Assembly (NCBI GenBank): GCA_963804645.1
Contig: CAWDRG010000009.1
Coordinates: forward strand, 992,001 to 1,056,000
Origin: an uncultured Bacillota bacterium
GTDB taxonomy: Bacteria; Sysuimicrobiota; Sysuimicrobiia; Sysuimicrobiales; Segetimicrobiaceae
Reading direction: 5' to 3'
DNA: 64,000 nucleotides
Position 1 is the stretch's first letter, and every line of letters begins with the position of its first letter. Positions 38,143 through 48,872 of this stretch are shown in pieces. Position numbers and translations under genes: made by a program. The notes under the pieces were generated by a model that worked only from the letters and a program-made list of their open reading frames with translations, had not been told where the DNA came from and did not search any database.

Positions 38143-39558
38143 ATGAAGATGTACGTGGGCGGCGAGTGGATCGACAAGCGGCAGACGATACCGGTGCTCA
38201 ACCCGTTCGATGGATCGGTGATCGACACGATCCCGAAGGCGGACGCGGACGACGTCGAGCGGGCGCTCGCGACCGCGGTGCGCGGCGCCCAGGCGATGCG
38301 CCGGCTGACCGGGTTCGAGCGCTTTCAGATGCTCCGCAAGGCGGCCGACCTGCTGTTGGCACGCAGCGAGGAGTTTGCGCGGACGATCACGCTCGAAGAG
38401 GGCAAGGTCATCGGCGAGGCGCGGGTCGAGGTCACGCGGGCCGCGGAGATCATCGCGCTGTCCGCGGAGGAGGCGAAGCGGCTGTACGGGGAGGTGATCC
38501 CCCTGGACGGCGCGCCCGGCGTGAAGACCCAGATGGGCTTCACCCTGCGCGTGCCGTGCGGCGTGGTCGTCGGCATCAGCCCGTTCAACTTCCCGCTGCA
38601 CCTGGTGTGCCATAAGGTGGGCCCGGCGCTCGCCGCCGGCAACGCCGTGATTCTGAAGCCCGCGAGTGACACCCCGCTCAGCGCCCTGAAGCTGACGCAG
38701 CTGCTGCTCGAGTGCGGGGTGCCGGCGGACGGCATCCAGTGTATCACCGGCAGCGGCGGCACGATCGGGGAAGCCTTGTGCGCGGATCCGCGCGTGCGGA
38801 AGATCACGTTCACCGGCAGCCGCGACGTCGGCGAGCGGATCTGCAAGGTGGCGGGCCTGAAGAAGGTCACGATGGAGCTCGGCAGCAATTCGCCGCTGAT
38901 CGTCATGCCGGACGCGGACCTCGAGAAAGTGGCGACCGCGGTGGCCGCGACCGGCTACGCGAACGCGGGCCAGGTCTGCATCAGCCTCCAGCGCATCATT
39001 CCGCTGCAGCCGATCTACCATCAGTTCCTGGAGGCGCTCAAGCCGAAGGTCGCGGCGCTGACGACCGGCAATCCGCTTGAGGAGGCGACGCGCGTGGGCC
39101 CGATGGTGCGCGAAGAGGACGCCCGCCGCGTCGAGACCTGGGTCAAGGAGGCCGTGGCCGGCGGCGCCAAGCTCGTCGTCGGCGGTGAGCGGCGCGGCGC
39201 GATCCACTCACCGACGGTTCTCGCGGATGTGACCCGCGAGATGCGGATCTCCCGGGACGAGTTGTTCGGGCCGGCGGTCGCCGTGTCGCCCGCGGAGTCG
39301 ATCGACGCCGCGATCGCGATGGCCAACGACACCCGCTACGGGTTGTCGGCGGCGGTGTTCACCGAGAACCTGAACTGGGCGATGCGGTTTGCGCGCGAGG
39401 TCGAGGCCGGGAACATCCACATCAATTGGGGGCCCCAGTGGCGGGCCGACCTGATGCCCTACGGCGGGTTGAAGGAGAGCGGGTTCGGGAAGGAAGGGCC
39501 GAAGTACGCGGTCCAGGAGATGACCGAGACGAAGATGGTGGTCATGCACCTGCCCTAG
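38143..39558 (+). CDS. Aldehyde dehydrogenase family protein
   Basis: PFNFP, KPA, FTGS, MELGSN, GQVC, ELFGP and [14 protein letters not shown]. Confidence 0.95.
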   Translation: MKMYVGGEWIDKRQTIPVLNPFDGSVIDTIPKADADDVERALATAVRGAQAMRRLTGFERFQMLRKAADLLLARSEEFARTITLEEGKVIGEARVEVTRAAEIIALSAEEAKRLYGEVIPLDGAPGVKTQMGFTLRVPCGVVVGISPFNFPLHLVCHKVGPALAAGNAVILKPASDTPLSALKLTQLLLECGVPADGIQCITGSGGTIGEALCADPRVRKITFTGSRDVGERICKVAGLKKVTMELGSNSPLIVMPDADLEKVATAVAATGYANAGQVCISLQRIIPLQPIYHQFLEALKPKVAALTTGNPLEEATRVGPMVREEDARRVETWVKEAVAGGAKLVVGGERRGAIHSPTVLADVTREMRISRDELFGPAVAVSPAESIDAAIAMANDTRYGLSAAVFTENLNWAMRFAREVEAGNIHINWGPQWRADLMPYGGLKESGFGKEGPKYAVQEMTETKMVVMHLP

Positions 39559-39656
39559 CGGACGAGCGACGGCAGTTCCGCGGTCGGGCTGCGGCCGGGT
39601 CGCGGGGGCGCCGGCGGCCGGCGATCGGCCGCAGCCCAGTGACGTAGGAGGAGTGC

Positions 39657-40061
39657 ATGCCGAAGAAGCCGCACGGGCCGACGGGGCAGGGCCCCGCGAG
39701 CGGGACCACCGTGAACGAGCATCTGGCGAACGAGCGGACGCATCTCGCGTTTCTGCGCACCGCGGTCGCGCTGATTACGTTTGGGATCACCGTCAACCGG
39801 TTCAGTCTGTTCCTGATCATCAACGACAAGCTGGCCCCGGGCTCGGGTCCGTTCATCCCGCTGTTCGGGGTGGAGCAGGTCGGGTTTTCCGTCGTGATCG
39901 TGGGCGCCCTGCTGATCGTGTGGGCCGCGGTCCGGTACCAGCAGGTCAGCCGCCAAATCGATCGCGGGGAGTATCGTTCGAATCCGAGAATGGTCTGGAT
40001 TGTGACCGCGGCAGTCCTGGTGTTCGGCGTGGCCAGCCTCTTCTGGCTGTTTCAGCGCTAG
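39657..40061 (+). CDS. DUF202 / YidH-like membrane protein
   Basis: [16 protein letters not shown] motif; 3 hydrophobic segments; AGGAGG RBS. Confidence 0.88.
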   Translation: MPKKPHGPTGQGPASGTTVNEHLANERTHLAFLRTAVALITFGITVNRFSLFLIINDKLAPGSGPFIPLFGVEQVGFSVVIVGALLIVWAAVRYQQVSRQIDRGEYRSNPRMVWIVTAAVLVFGVASLFWLFQR

Positions 40062-40147
40062 GCCCGGGCGCCGCGCCGCGATATGACGGCGCCGTTTCCG
40101 ACGAGATGCGGTCGCGACACCCACCCGCGCGACATGGGAGGATGACG

Positions 40148-41119
40148 ATGCAGGCGATACGCGTGCACGAACCGGGCGGCCCCGAGGTGCTGCGGTACGA
40201 GGAGCTGCCGACCCCGACGCCAGGCCCGGACGACGTGGTGGTGCGGTTGGAGGCGTCCGGCGTAAACTACGTCGACATTTATCAGCGGATGGGTCTCTAC
40301 AAGATGGCGCTGCCGTACACGCCGGGATCCGAGGGAGCCGGGACCGTCGCGGACGTGGGTGCCCACGTGCGCGATCTCCGGGTCGGCGACCGCGTGGCGT
40401 ACTGCGGGGCGCTCGGGTCCTACGCGACGCACCACGTCGTGCCGGCCGCGCGCCTCGTGGCTCTGCCGAAGTCGATGGACAGCCAGCGGGCCGCGGCGCT
40501 GATGCTGCAGGGGATTACCGCCCACTATCTGTGTCACTCGACCTACCCGCTCAGGAAGGGCGACACCACGCTGGTGCACGCCGCCGCCGGCGGGGTCGGG
40601 CTGCTGCTCGTGCAGATGGCGAAGATGCTCGGCGCTCGCATCATCGCGACGGTGTCGACGAAAGAAAAGGCGCTGCTCGCGCGGGAAGCCGGGGCCGACG
40701 AGGTGATCCTGTACACTGACCAGGACTTTGAGGTCGAGGTGAAGCGCCTCACCGGCGGACGCGGCGTCCAGGTCGTCTATGACTCGGTGGGGAAGACGAC
40801 GTTCGAAAAGAGCATGAACTGTCTGGTCCCGCGGGGATACCTGGTGCTGTTCGGGCAGTCGAGCGGGCCGGCCCCGTCGATCGACCCGCAGATCCTTCAG
40901 TACAAAGGCTCGCTCTTTCTGACGCGGCCGACGATGGGGCACTACATCGCGACGCGCGAGGAACTGCTCGCCCGGGCGAACGACCTCTTCGAGTGGGTAA
41001 CCTCCGGACGGCTCCGTGTCCGGATCGACCGGACGTTCCCGCTGGCCCAAGCCGCGGACGCCCACCGGACGCTCGCGAGCCGGGCCACCGCGGGCAAGGT
41101 GCTGCTCCTGCCCGGTTAG
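40148..41119 (+). CDS. NADPH:quinone oxidoreductase (zeta-crystallin/Qor family)
   Basis: [32 protein letters not shown] and GKVLL. Confidence 0.92.
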   Translation: MQAIRVHEPGGPEVLRYEELPTPTPGPDDVVVRLEASGVNYVDIYQRMGLYKMALPYTPGSEGAGTVADVGAHVRDLRVGDRVAYCGALGSYATHHVVPAARLVALPKSMDSQRAAALMLQGITAHYLCHSTYPLRKGDTTLVHAAAGGVGLLLVQMAKMLGARIIATVSTKEKALLAREAGADEVILYTDQDFEVEVKRLTGGRGVQVVYDSVGKTTFEKSMNCLVPRGYLVLFGQSSGPAPSIDPQILQYKGSLFLTRPTMGHYIATREELLARANDLFEWVTSGRLRVRIDRTFPLAQAADAHRTLASRATAGKVLLLPG

Positions 41120-41946
41120 GTCACGAGCCGCGGGTACAGCCGCGCGGCCAGCGCCATCAGGGCCGCCGAGAACGCCAGCAGCACCGCGAAGTCCACGCCG
41201 AGCCCGTACACGCTGGTGCCGCCCTGCACCATGAGGGCGCGCAGGCCGTCCACCTCGTAGGTCAGGGGGTTGACGGTCGCGATGATCTTGAGCCAGCCGG
41301 GCATCAGTACGATGGGATAGATCGCGTTGCTCGCGAAGAACAGCGGCATCGTCATCACCTGGCCCATGCCCATCACGCGCTCGTGCGTCTTCACGATGCA
41401 CGCGATCACGAGCGAGAACGTCGAGAACACGGCGGAGCCCATGACGATCAGCAGCAGGACGCCGAGGATGTTCAGCGGCTGCCAGGTCGCGTGGATGTGC
41501 AGCAGGAGCGCGAGAATGTACACGATCACACCCTGCGACAGCGCCCGCACGCTGGCGGACAGCGCCTTCCCGAGCACGAGCGAGACGCGCGAGATCGGGC
41601 TGACGAGGTATTTCTGCAGCACCCCCATGTCGCGCTCTCGGATCGCCGAGACCCCGTAGAAGATCGCGATGAACAGCACGCTCTGGGCGAGGATGCCGGG
41701 CGCCATGAAGTCCAGGTACGTCAGCTTGCCGGTGGGGACGCCGCGCAGGTGCGACATGACCTGCCCGAACACGACCAGCCACAGCGTCGGTTGGACCGCG
41801 CGCATGAGCAGCTCGACCGGGTCGTGCTGGAGCTTGCGGATCTCCGCGTCGGCGACGGTGAAGACGTGGCCGAGGAACGTGACGAACCCCGCCGGACGCT
41901 CAGGATAGACGGCGGGCGGTGCGGCGGGTGCGTAGGACCTCACCAT
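41116..41946 (-). CDS. ABC-2 type exporter permease (DrrB-like)
   Basis: [23 protein letters not shown] and [20 protein letters not shown] before the ATG at 41946. Confidence 0.88.
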   Translation of the reverse strand: MVRSYAPAAPPAVYPERPAGFVTFLGHVFTVADAEIRKLQHDPVELLMRAVQPTLWLVVFGQVMSHLRGVPTGKLTYLDFMAPGILAQSVLFIAIFYGVSAIRERDMGVLQKYLVSPISRVSLVLGKALSASVRALSQGVIVYILALLLHIHATWQPLNILGVLLLIVMGSAVFSTFSLVIACIVKTHERVMGMGQVMTMPLFFASNAIYPIVLMPGWLKIIATVNPLTYEVDGLRALMVQGGTSVYGLGVDFAVLLAFSAALMALAARLYPRLVT

Positions 41947-42763
41947 AGTTTCCTCCTGACTCATTGATGCTGGCGCCGGTGAAGTGCATGAACACGTCGT
42001 CCATCGACGCGCCGGCGCCGACCTGCGTCTTCAGCTCCTGCGGCGTGCCGATCACGGCCACGCGCCCGAGATGCATCACGGCGACGCGGTCGCACAGCCC
42101 GTCGGCCTCTTCCATGTAGTGCGTCGTGATCATCATCGTGGTGCGGAACGTGTCGCGCAGCCGCAGGACGTGCTCCCAGACGGCGCGGCGCGCGACCGGA
42201 TCGAGGCCGACCGTCGGCTCGTCCATGAACAGGACCGCCGGGCGGTGCAGCATCGCCTGCGCGATCTCGAGCCGGCGGATCATCCCGCCGGAGTACTGCC
42301 GCACCAGCTGCTGGGACGCGTCGGTGAGCCCGACGAGCTCGAGCGCCTCCGCGATGCGCTGCGACCGGTCCTCGGCGCGCAGGCCGTACAGCCGCGCGGA
42401 GACGAGGAGATTTTCGTATCCGGTCAGCGCCCCGTCGGCGGAGAGCGCCTGGGGCACGTAGCCGATCCGGCGCCGCACGCGGGACGGGTCCTGCGTCACG
42501 TCGCAGCCGGCCACCCAGGCCTGTCCCGCCGTCAGCGGCAGCAGCGTCGTCAAGATCTTGATCATCGTGCTCTTGCCCGCGCCGTTCGGGCCGAGCAGCC
42601 CGTAGATCTCGCTGGCGCCGACCTCGATGGACGCCTCGTTCACGGCGATGATGTCGCCGAAGCGCTTCGTCAGGTCCACCGTGCGGATCGTCGGCGCCGG
42701 CGTCTCTCGGGGGTGCTCGTCGATCGCCGGCGTCAGGACGGCGCCCGCTTGGTCGTCTGTCAT
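41900..42763 (-). CDS. ABC-2 exporter ATP-binding protein (DrrA-like)
   Basis: GPNGAGKS, YSGGMIRR, MDEPTVGLDP and TTHYMEEA. Confidence 0.92.
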   Translation of the reverse strand: MTDDQAGAVLTPAIDEHPRETPAPTIRTVDLTKRFGDIIAVNEASIEVGASEIYGLLGPNGAGKSTMIKILTTLLPLTAGQAWVAGCDVTQDPSRVRRRIGYVPQALSADGALTGYENLLVSARLYGLRAEDRSQRIAEALELVGLTDASQQLVRQYSGGMIRRLEIAQAMLHRPAVLFMDEPTVGLDPVARRAVWEHVLRLRDTFRTTMMITTHYMEEADGLCDRVAVMHLGRVAVIGTPQELKTQVGAGASMDDVFMHFTGASINESGGNYGEVLRTRRTARRLS

Positions 42764-43254
42764 CGGTCTCCATTCACCTCCGTGTCCGTGAACGCTGCCG
42801 CCAGGGCGTCGAAGTGCTGGGTGAGGCGGCGGAGGGTCGTGTCCGGGAGTAGCGCCAGCACGCCCGCCGTCCGGCGCCGTGCCGCTTCTTTGGCGCCTTC
42901 GAACTGAGTCCGCCCGGCCGGCGTCAGCCGCAGCGTGACCTCACGCCGGTTCGCCAGGTTCGTCGTCCGGGTCGCGATGCCGCGGTCGACCAGCCGTCCG
43001 ACGAGCGCCGAGCACGTCGGCGGCGTCACGCCCAGGTGATCGGCGAGCGCCCGCAGCGTGCAGCCGCGATTCCGGTAAAGGTACGACATCGCGCGGTACT
43101 GCGCCATCGTGAGCCCCGGCATCCGGCGGCGCATCTGCGAGCGGATGAACCGCATGGCGAGCGGTGCCACGTCCAGCAGCCGCGCGGCGCATTCTCCCGC
43201 CGCCCGCGACGGGACAAGCCGGGCCGGTGCGCCCACGCCCGACCGGGGAATCAT
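42760..43254 (-). CDS. MarR family transcriptional regulator
   Basis: LTMAQY, LADHLGVT, LVDRG..R and NRREVTLRLTPAG winged-helix motif; ATGA-coupled to the ATPase. Confidence 0.88.
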   Translation of the reverse strand: MIPRSGVGAPARLVPSRAAGECAARLLDVAPLAMRFIRSQMRRRMPGLTMAQYRAMSYLYRNRGCTLRALADHLGVTPPTCSALVGRLVDRGIATRTTNLANRREVTLRLTPAGRTQFEGAKEAARRRTAGVLALLPDTTLRRLTQHFDALAAAFTDTEVNGDR

Positions 43255-43270
43255 TCGATTCGCCTCGCGA

Positions 43271-43320
43271 ACTGTTTGTGACACTAACTGTATAGTAGCG
43301 CGGACGCATCCACCTGTCAA
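43271..43320 (-). promoter_or_regulatory. Sigma70 promoter and putative MarR operator
   Basis: Minus strand TTGACA (43320-43315), 17 bp spacer, TACTAT (43297-43292), immediately followed by the imperfect palindrome ACAGTTAGTGTCACAAACAGT (43291-43271). Confidence 0.75.
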
Positions 43321-43336
43321 CCGGACGGACCTGTGC

Positions 43337-44461
43337 CTAGCGTCGTGCGGGGGTCTGTTCCTTGAGGGCGGCGTCCAGGGCGTCCACGATGCGCTGCATC
43401 AGCGCGGGGCGCGCCTGCGCGCCGAGATGTCCGATCCGCACGACCTTGCCCGCGAGCTGGGTCAGGCCGCCGGAGATCGCAATGCCGTGGCGCGCGCGAA
43501 GCGCTGTGATCAGGGCATTCGCCTCGATACCCTCGGGAGGATACGCGACCGTCACGGTGGGCGAGGCCCACCGTTCGTCCGCGAATGGCCGAAAACCGAG
43601 GCGCTCCAGGCCCCGCCGTAGCAGCAACTGCGCCTCCCGGTGGCGCGCGTACCGCGCATCGAGTCCCTCGGCGAGGATGCGCTCGAGCGCGCGGTCCAGC
43701 GCGAAGATGTTGTTCGTCGCGATCGTCACGGGGTACGGGTGGTGGGGCCAGATGCGCTCGTACTCGCGCCAGGTCCGCAGATTGAGATACCAGCCCCGCG
43801 GGCCGCCGGACTGCCGGTCGATGACGTCCCAGCCGACCTGGGTGACCGCGACCGGCGCGAGGCCGGGGGGCGCTTCTAGGCACTTCTGCGACGCGGACGA
43901 CACCGCGGCGAATCCCCACGCGTCGGTCTCGACGGGCATGCCGCCGAGCGACGACACCGCGTCGACCGCGACCGGGACGCCTTCCTCGCGGGCCGCGGCC
44001 GCGATCTCCTGGACGGGGTTAATGACGCCGGTCGACGTGTCGCTGTGCACTACCGCGAGCAGTCCGACCTTAGTGCGCCGCAACCACGTCCGGACTTCGC
44101 CGGGGTCGGCCGGCCGCTCCCATGGGATCGCGAGCGTCTCCACGCGGGACGAATGCGACTCCGCGATCTGCCGCACGCGGTCGCCGAAAAATCCGTTGAC
44201 GACGACCCCGACCGATCCGTCGGCGCCGATCAGCGTGCTCAGCATCGCCTCGATGCCGCCGGTGCCCGAGCTGGGCAGCGGATAGATCGAGCCCGCGGTC
44301 CGGTAGACCTGGCGGAGGCGGCCGATGAACGCGTGGTAGAAGACGAGCCACTCGTCGCCGTAGTGCTGGCGCGGCTGCTGCGCCATCGCGGCAAGCACGT
44401 CCGGTTCGACGGGGACCGGCCCGGGGATATGGAGGGCGATCTCCTTCTCAGCCATGAACAC
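43337..44461 (-). CDS. Alanine-glyoxylate / serine-pyruvate aminotransferase family (class V)
   Basis: IPGP, SGTGG, HSDTSTG, DAVSSLGG, SQKCL..PPG and RIGHLG. Confidence 0.9.
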   Translation of the reverse strand: MFMAEKEIALHIPGPVPVEPDVLAAMAQQPRQHYGDEWLVFYHAFIGRLRQVYRTAGSIYPLPSSGTGGIEAMLSTLIGADGSVGVVVNGFFGDRVRQIAESHSSRVETLAIPWERPADPGEVRTWLRRTKVGLLAVVHSDTSTGVINPVQEIAAAAREEGVPVAVDAVSSLGGMPVETDAWGFAAVSSASQKCLEAPPGLAPVAVTQVGWDVIDRQSGGPRGWYLNLRTWREYERIWPHHPYPVTIATNNIFALDRALERILAEGLDARYARHREAQLLLRRGLERLGFRPFADERWASPTVTVAYPPEGIEANALITALRARHGIAISGGLTQLAGKVVRIGHLGAQARPALMQRIVDALDAALKEQTPARR

Positions 44462-44581
44462 GAGCCTCCTCGTCGCGGGATACGCGTGCCGGTTCGGTGG
44501 CGGCGGGCCGGCCTCCTGTAGGGCGGACGAAGGCCCGGGCGGCCGCCGGCCGCCCGGGCCACGGGATCGCGCCGCGCGCGG

Positions 44582-45491
44582 CTAGAGCAGCCCGACGCTC
44601 TTCAGCCAGTCGGTCGTCGCCTGGCTGACCGACTTGCCGTTCACGACCTCGAGCTGCAGCTCCTGGCTCACTTCGGAGGTGAGCTTCGGCGCCAGCGGGT
44701 TCAGCGTCGTGGCGATCGCGGGGTCGCGGTGGAGCGTGTCGTCCCGCACGATCGGCGCCGGGTGGTAGATCGGGAACAGATGCTTGTCGTCCGTGAGCAG
44801 CACGAATTTGTCCTTGGCGATCAAGCGCGCTCGTCGTGTAGCAGACGTTCACGTCGGCCTTGCCTTCCTGGACCGCGGAGAACGTCAGCGGTTCGACAAG
44901 CACCGTCGCCTTGCCGAACGTGAAGCCGTACCGGCTGTTCATGCCGGGCAGCACGTTGGGGTCGGTCTGGCCGTCCGGCGGCGTCGCGACGGTCAGCGTG
45001 GACGCGGCGGACCCGAGGTCCGAGACCTTCGTGGCGTGCAGCTGGCCCGCGCGCGCCTGCGTCGAGCAGATGCCGTAGGTATCGTTCAGCGGCGCGAACG
45101 CGAGCCACGTGATGTGGAACTGCTTCTCGTAGCCGGCCTTGACGAGCGCGTAGTCCTGCTGATCGTTGTGCGTGGACGTCAGCTTGAGCCGCGCCAGGCC
45201 GGTCGCCGTGAACTCGGGGTAAAGGTCGATCTGCCCGCTCACGATCGCGTTGTGGACGATGTCGTTCGTTCCGAGCTTCGCCTTCTCGGTGACGTCAAAC
45301 CCCGCGTGCCGAAGCAGCTGCGTATACATCTCGGTCAGCAGCTGCGCTTCGGTGTCCAGCTTGCCTCCGACCGTGAGATGCCCCATCGCGGCGGCTCCCG
45401 CCGCGGTCCAGGAGCCTCCGCCCGCGACGAGCAGCGCAATCGAGAGCGTGCACGCCGCGAAGGCGCGCAGAGCGCGAACGTATCGTCCCAT
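44582..45491 (-). pseudogene. Osmoprotectant (glycine betaine/choline) ABC substrate-binding protein, split by a +1 frameshift
   Basis: N-part VGGK..E, IDLYPEFT and NDTY continues as IAKDKFVLLTDDKHLFP.Y.PAP in another frame at ~44822-44825. Confidence 0.8.
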
Positions 45492-45574
45492 CTATCGTCC
45501 CCTCCTCGTGGTGCTCGAATCGAGCCGTGTGTGCACGTGATGTCCGCGTTCCGAGCGCGGCGTGCGGGTGCGTC

Positions 45575-46228
45575 TCACCTCCGGACCGGCTCCGAGACTC
45601 CCGCAGGGGTGAGGGCGCGTTGCGCCCATCCCAGCGACAGCTCGGCGGCCATCGCGAGCAGCGTCACCGGGACCGCTCCCGCGAGGATCTGGGTCGTATC
45701 GACCTGATAGAGGCCGGACAAGATGTAGTCGCCGTACCCGCCGGCTCCAATGATCGACGCGAGGGTCGCCGTCGCGACGATCTGCACGACTGACGTCCGG
45801 ACGCCCGCGGCGACGACGGGCAGGACCAGCGGGAGCTGGATCCGCCGCACGATCTGCCACCGCGTCATCCCGCAGCCGCGGGCGGCGTCGATCATCGCCG
45901 GGTCGATGCCGCGGATGCCGGTGTACGTGTTCAGGAGGATCGGCGGGATGCCGAGCACGGCGAGGGCCACGAGCGACGGCGTGAAGCCGAGCCCGAGATA
46001 CGGAATCGCGAACGCGAGAAACGCGATCACGGGGATCGCGCGCATGAATCCGCTCACGTTGATCGCGAGGAACGCCAGCACGGGGCGCCGCGACACGGCG
46101 ATGCCGAGCGGCGTGCCGATGACGATGGCCAGCGCAGACGCAGCGGCGCACAGCGTGATGTACTGGAGGGTGTGCGCCGCGTAGGTGTTGGCGGGGTCGG
46201 CGATGAACGCGGCGAGGCGCCCTAGCAC
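45575..46228 (-). CDS. Osmoprotectant ABC permease (ProW/OpuBB-like)
   Basis: PPILLNTYTGI, AARGCGMT EAA-loop and IGAGGYG. Confidence 0.9.
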   Translation of the reverse strand: MLGRLAAFIADPANTYAAHTLQYITLCAAASALAIVIGTPLGIAVSRRPVLAFLAINVSGFMRAIPVIAFLAFAIPYLGLGFTPSLVALAVLGIPPILLNTYTGIRGIDPAMIDAARGCGMTRWQIVRRIQLPLVLPVVAAGVRTSVVQIVATATLASIIGAGGYGDYILSGLYQVDTTQILAGAVPVTLLAMAAELSLGWAQRALTPAGVSEPVRR

Positions 46229-46265
46229 GGCTGCGTCCTCCCGCCGCGCGGGCGCGGACGCGCGC

Positions 46266-46922
46266 TCATGCGGTCGTCACCGGGAGGCGCCCGCGGTTCA
46301 GCGCCTGCTGGACGAACAGCAGCACGACGTCGGCGGTGACGGCCAGCGCCCCGATCACGATGCCGCCGCCGAGCACCTCGTCGTAGTTGCTGTTCTGGAT
46401 GCCCGTGAAGATCAGGTCGCCGAGCCCGCCGGCACCGACCAGGGCCGCCAGGGAGGCGATGCCGATCGTGGTCACGGTCGCCACCCGGACGCCGGCGACG
46501 ATCAGGGGAAGGGCCAGCGGCAGCACGATGCGGCGCAGGATCTGGCCGCGGTCCATCCCCATCGCGCGCGCCGCCTCGAGCAGCACCGGGTCGATCCCGT
46601 CGATCGCGGCGACCGTGTTCCGGATCAGCACCAGTTGCGCGTACAGGATCAGCGGGATGATGATCGTCGTCGCATTGAGCCCGGTGAACGGGACGAGGAA
46701 GGAGAGCAGCGCGAGGCCCGGGATCGTATAGAGCAGGCCGGCGACGGTGATCACGGGCAGGTACAGCCGGCGGTACCGCGAGATCGCCACGGCGAGCGGC
46801 AGCGCGATCACGACGGAAATGAGCATGCTCGTCGCGACGATCGACAGGTGCTGCGCGACAAGATGCGGCAGGCTCGACGGGTCGGCGAGGTTGTACCGGG
46901 CGGGATCCAGCAGGAACGGCAT
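46266..46922 (-). CDS. Osmoprotectant ABC permease (ProW/OpuBB-like)
   Basis: YTIPGLAL, EAARAMGM and VGAGGLG. Confidence 0.9.
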   Translation of the reverse strand: MPFLLDPARYNLADPSSLPHLVAQHLSIVATSMLISVVIALPLAVAISRYRRLYLPVITVAGLLYTIPGLALLSFLVPFTGLNATTIIIPLILYAQLVLIRNTVAAIDGIDPVLLEAARAMGMDRGQILRRIVLPLALPLIVAGVRVATVTTIGIASLAALVGAGGLGDLIFTGIQNSNYDEVLGGGIVIGALAVTADVVLLFVQQALNRGRLPVTTA

Positions 46923-46962
46923 CGTCGCGTCTACCGGGCCGCGGCGTGCGCGCGCGCGCGGG

Positions 46963-47970
46963 TCATCGGGCGGGCGCGGGCTCGCCGCGGCGGGTGCTGG
47001 CGATGTGACGGTTGATGGACGCGAGCGTGACGAATCCCATCGGCGCGCCGCCCTCGTCCTCGACGGCGAGCGCGGCCGCGCCCGTGTCGAGCAGCGTGAC
47101 GATGGCGTTGAGCAGCGTGGCGGTCGGACGGACGCGGGGCGCCCCGTCGTGCGCGCGGCCGTCGGCCGGGCCGGGCTCGAGCGCCATGGTGACCGGCAGG
47201 TACTCGAGCTGGCGGACGATGTTGTCCGCTCCCATGAGCTGGCTCACAAACTCGTTCGCCGGGCGCGCGAGGATCTCGATCGGCGTGCCGACCTGCGCCA
47301 GGTGCCCCTCCGACATGACCGCGATCTGATCGCCAAGGCGGAGCGCCTCTTCGACGTCGTGCGTGACGAACAGAATCGTCTTGCGGACGCCGCGCTGGAT
47401 CCGCAACAGCTCCTGCTGCATGCGGCCGCGCGTGATGGCGTCGAGCGCGCCGAACGGCTCGTCCATCAGGAGCAGTCCGGGGTCCGCGGCGAGCGCCCGC
47501 GCGATCCCGACCCGCTGCTGCTCCCCGCCCGAGAGCTGCCGGGGAAAGCGTTGCCGGTACTCGCGGGGCACGAGCCCGACGAGCGTGAGCAGCTCGTCGA
47601 CGCGGCCGGCCAGACGGTCCCGCTCCCAGCCCGCGATCTCGGCCGTCACCCGGACGTTCTCCGCGATCGTCATGTGCGGAAACAGGCCGACCTGCTGGAT
47701 CACGTAACCGATCCGCCGCCGCAGGGCGATGGGGTCCTCGTCGAGGACGTTGCGTCCGTCGATCAGGATCGCCCCCGCGCTCGGCTCGATCAGGCGGTTG
47801 ACCATGCGCATGAGCGTCGTCTTGCCGGACCCCGATGTGCCGACGATCATGCAGATCGTGCCCGCGCGCACGTCGAAACTGACGGCATCCACCGCGGGTC
47901 GGGGGGCCTGGGGGTAGTGTTTCGAAACGCCGCGAAACGCGATCTTGGCCACGCCGTCCAGGCTGTTCAT
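46963..47970 (-). CDS. Osmoprotectant ABC ATP-binding protein (ProV/OpuA-like) with C-terminal CBS-like region
   Basis: GTSGSGKT, IGYVIQQVGLFPH, LSGGEQQR, MDEPFGALD and VTHD. Confidence 0.92.
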   Translation of the reverse strand: MNSLDGVAKIAFRGVSKHYPQAPRPAVDAVSFDVRAGTICMIVGTSGSGKTTLMRMVNRLIEPSAGAILIDGRNVLDEDPIALRRRIGYVIQQVGLFPHMTIAENVRVTAEIAGWERDRLAGRVDELLTLVGLVPREYRQRFPRQLSGGEQQRVGIARALAADPGLLLMDEPFGALDAITRGRMQQELLRIQRGVRKTILFVTHDVEEALRLGDQIAVMSEGHLAQVGTPIEILARPANEFVSQLMGADNIVRQLEYLPVTMALEPGPADGRAHDGAPRVRPTATLLNAIVTLLDTGAAALAVEDEGGAPMGFVTLASINRHIASTRRGEPAPAR

Positions 47971-48019
47971 GCACGCCCCTGGCTCGAGCCTCGGTAAGCT
48001 GCTGGCCGTACGGTTCCTT

Positions 48020-48048
48020 ATTATAGGCGAGGAGGGTGGCATTTGCAA
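48020..48048 (-). promoter_or_regulatory. Sigma70 promoter of the osmoprotectant operon
   Basis: Minus strand TTGCAA (48048-48043), 17 bp spacer, TATAAT (48025-48020). Confidence 0.65.
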
Positions 48049-48104
48049 AAGGCCGCGGCGCGTGCATCCGTCGGGCGGAGTTGGTCCGCCGGACGCGGTG
48101 TATA

Positions 48105-48872
48105 ATGTCTGGCGTGGCCTCCGCGTTCGCACGTCCTGCGATCAGCGCCGAGCACCTGACGAAGCGGTACGGTGACACGGTGGTGGTGGAGGATCTCTCG
48201 TTCACCATCGGCCGCGGCGAGATCGTCGGCTTCCTCGGCCCGAACGGCGCGGGGAAGACGACGACGCTCGGCATGCTGCTCGGGCTGCTCAACCCGACTC
48301 GGGGCGCGGTGCGCATCCTCGACCTGCCGATGCCCCAGGAGCGGCAGCGGATCCTGGCGCACGTCAACTTCACGTCGCCGTACGTCTCCCTTCCCGGGAA
48401 CCTCACCGTGTGCGAAAATCTGTTTGTGTTCGCGCGGCTGTACGGCGTGGCGGGGGCGCGGGGCCGCATCGACCGCCTGCTCGAGCGGTTCGGGCTGGTC
48501 GCGCTGCGCGACCGCGCGGCGGGGCGGCTGTCGTCCGGCGAGGGCACGCGGTTGGGGCTCGTCAAGGCGCTGCTCAACGATCCCGAGGTCCTGTTCCTCG
48601 ACGAGCCGACGGCCAGCCTCGACCCGGACAGCGCCGACCGCGTGCGTGCGGTCCTGCGCGACATCGTGGCGGAGCGCGCGATGACGCTCTTCTATACCTC
48701 CCACAACATGCAGGAGGTCGAGCGGTTGAGCGACCGCATCCTGTTCCTGCACCGCGGCCGCCTGCTCGCGGACGGCACGCCGGCCGACGTGCTGCGTCGG
48801 TTCGAGCGGGACACGCTCGAGCGCATGTTCCTCGACCTCGCGCGCGAGGAGGAGAGCGCGTGGACGCGGTAG
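48105..48872 (+). CDS. ABC-2 exporter ATP-binding protein (start may be the GTG at 48114)
   Basis: GPNGAGKT, LSSGE, LDEPTASLDP and SHNM. Confidence 0.9.
   Translation: MSGVASAFARPAISAEHLTKRYGDTVVVEDLSFTIGRGEIVGFLGPNGAGKTTTLGMLLGLLNPTRGAVRILDLPMPQERQRILAHVNFTSPYVSLPGNLTVCENLFVFARLYGVAGARGRIDRLLERFGLVALRDRAAGRLSSGEGTRLGLVKALLNDPEVLFLDEPTASLDPDSADRVRAVLRDIVAERAMTLFYTSHNMQEVERLSDRILFLHRGRLLADGTPADVLRRFERDTLERMFLDLAREEESAWTR

Noticed and set aside
41900..41964. Overlap between ABC ATPase and permease as a frameshift
   Set aside because: The permease has its own AGGAGG RBS and ATG at 41946 and both proteins look complete; this is a simple gene overlap.
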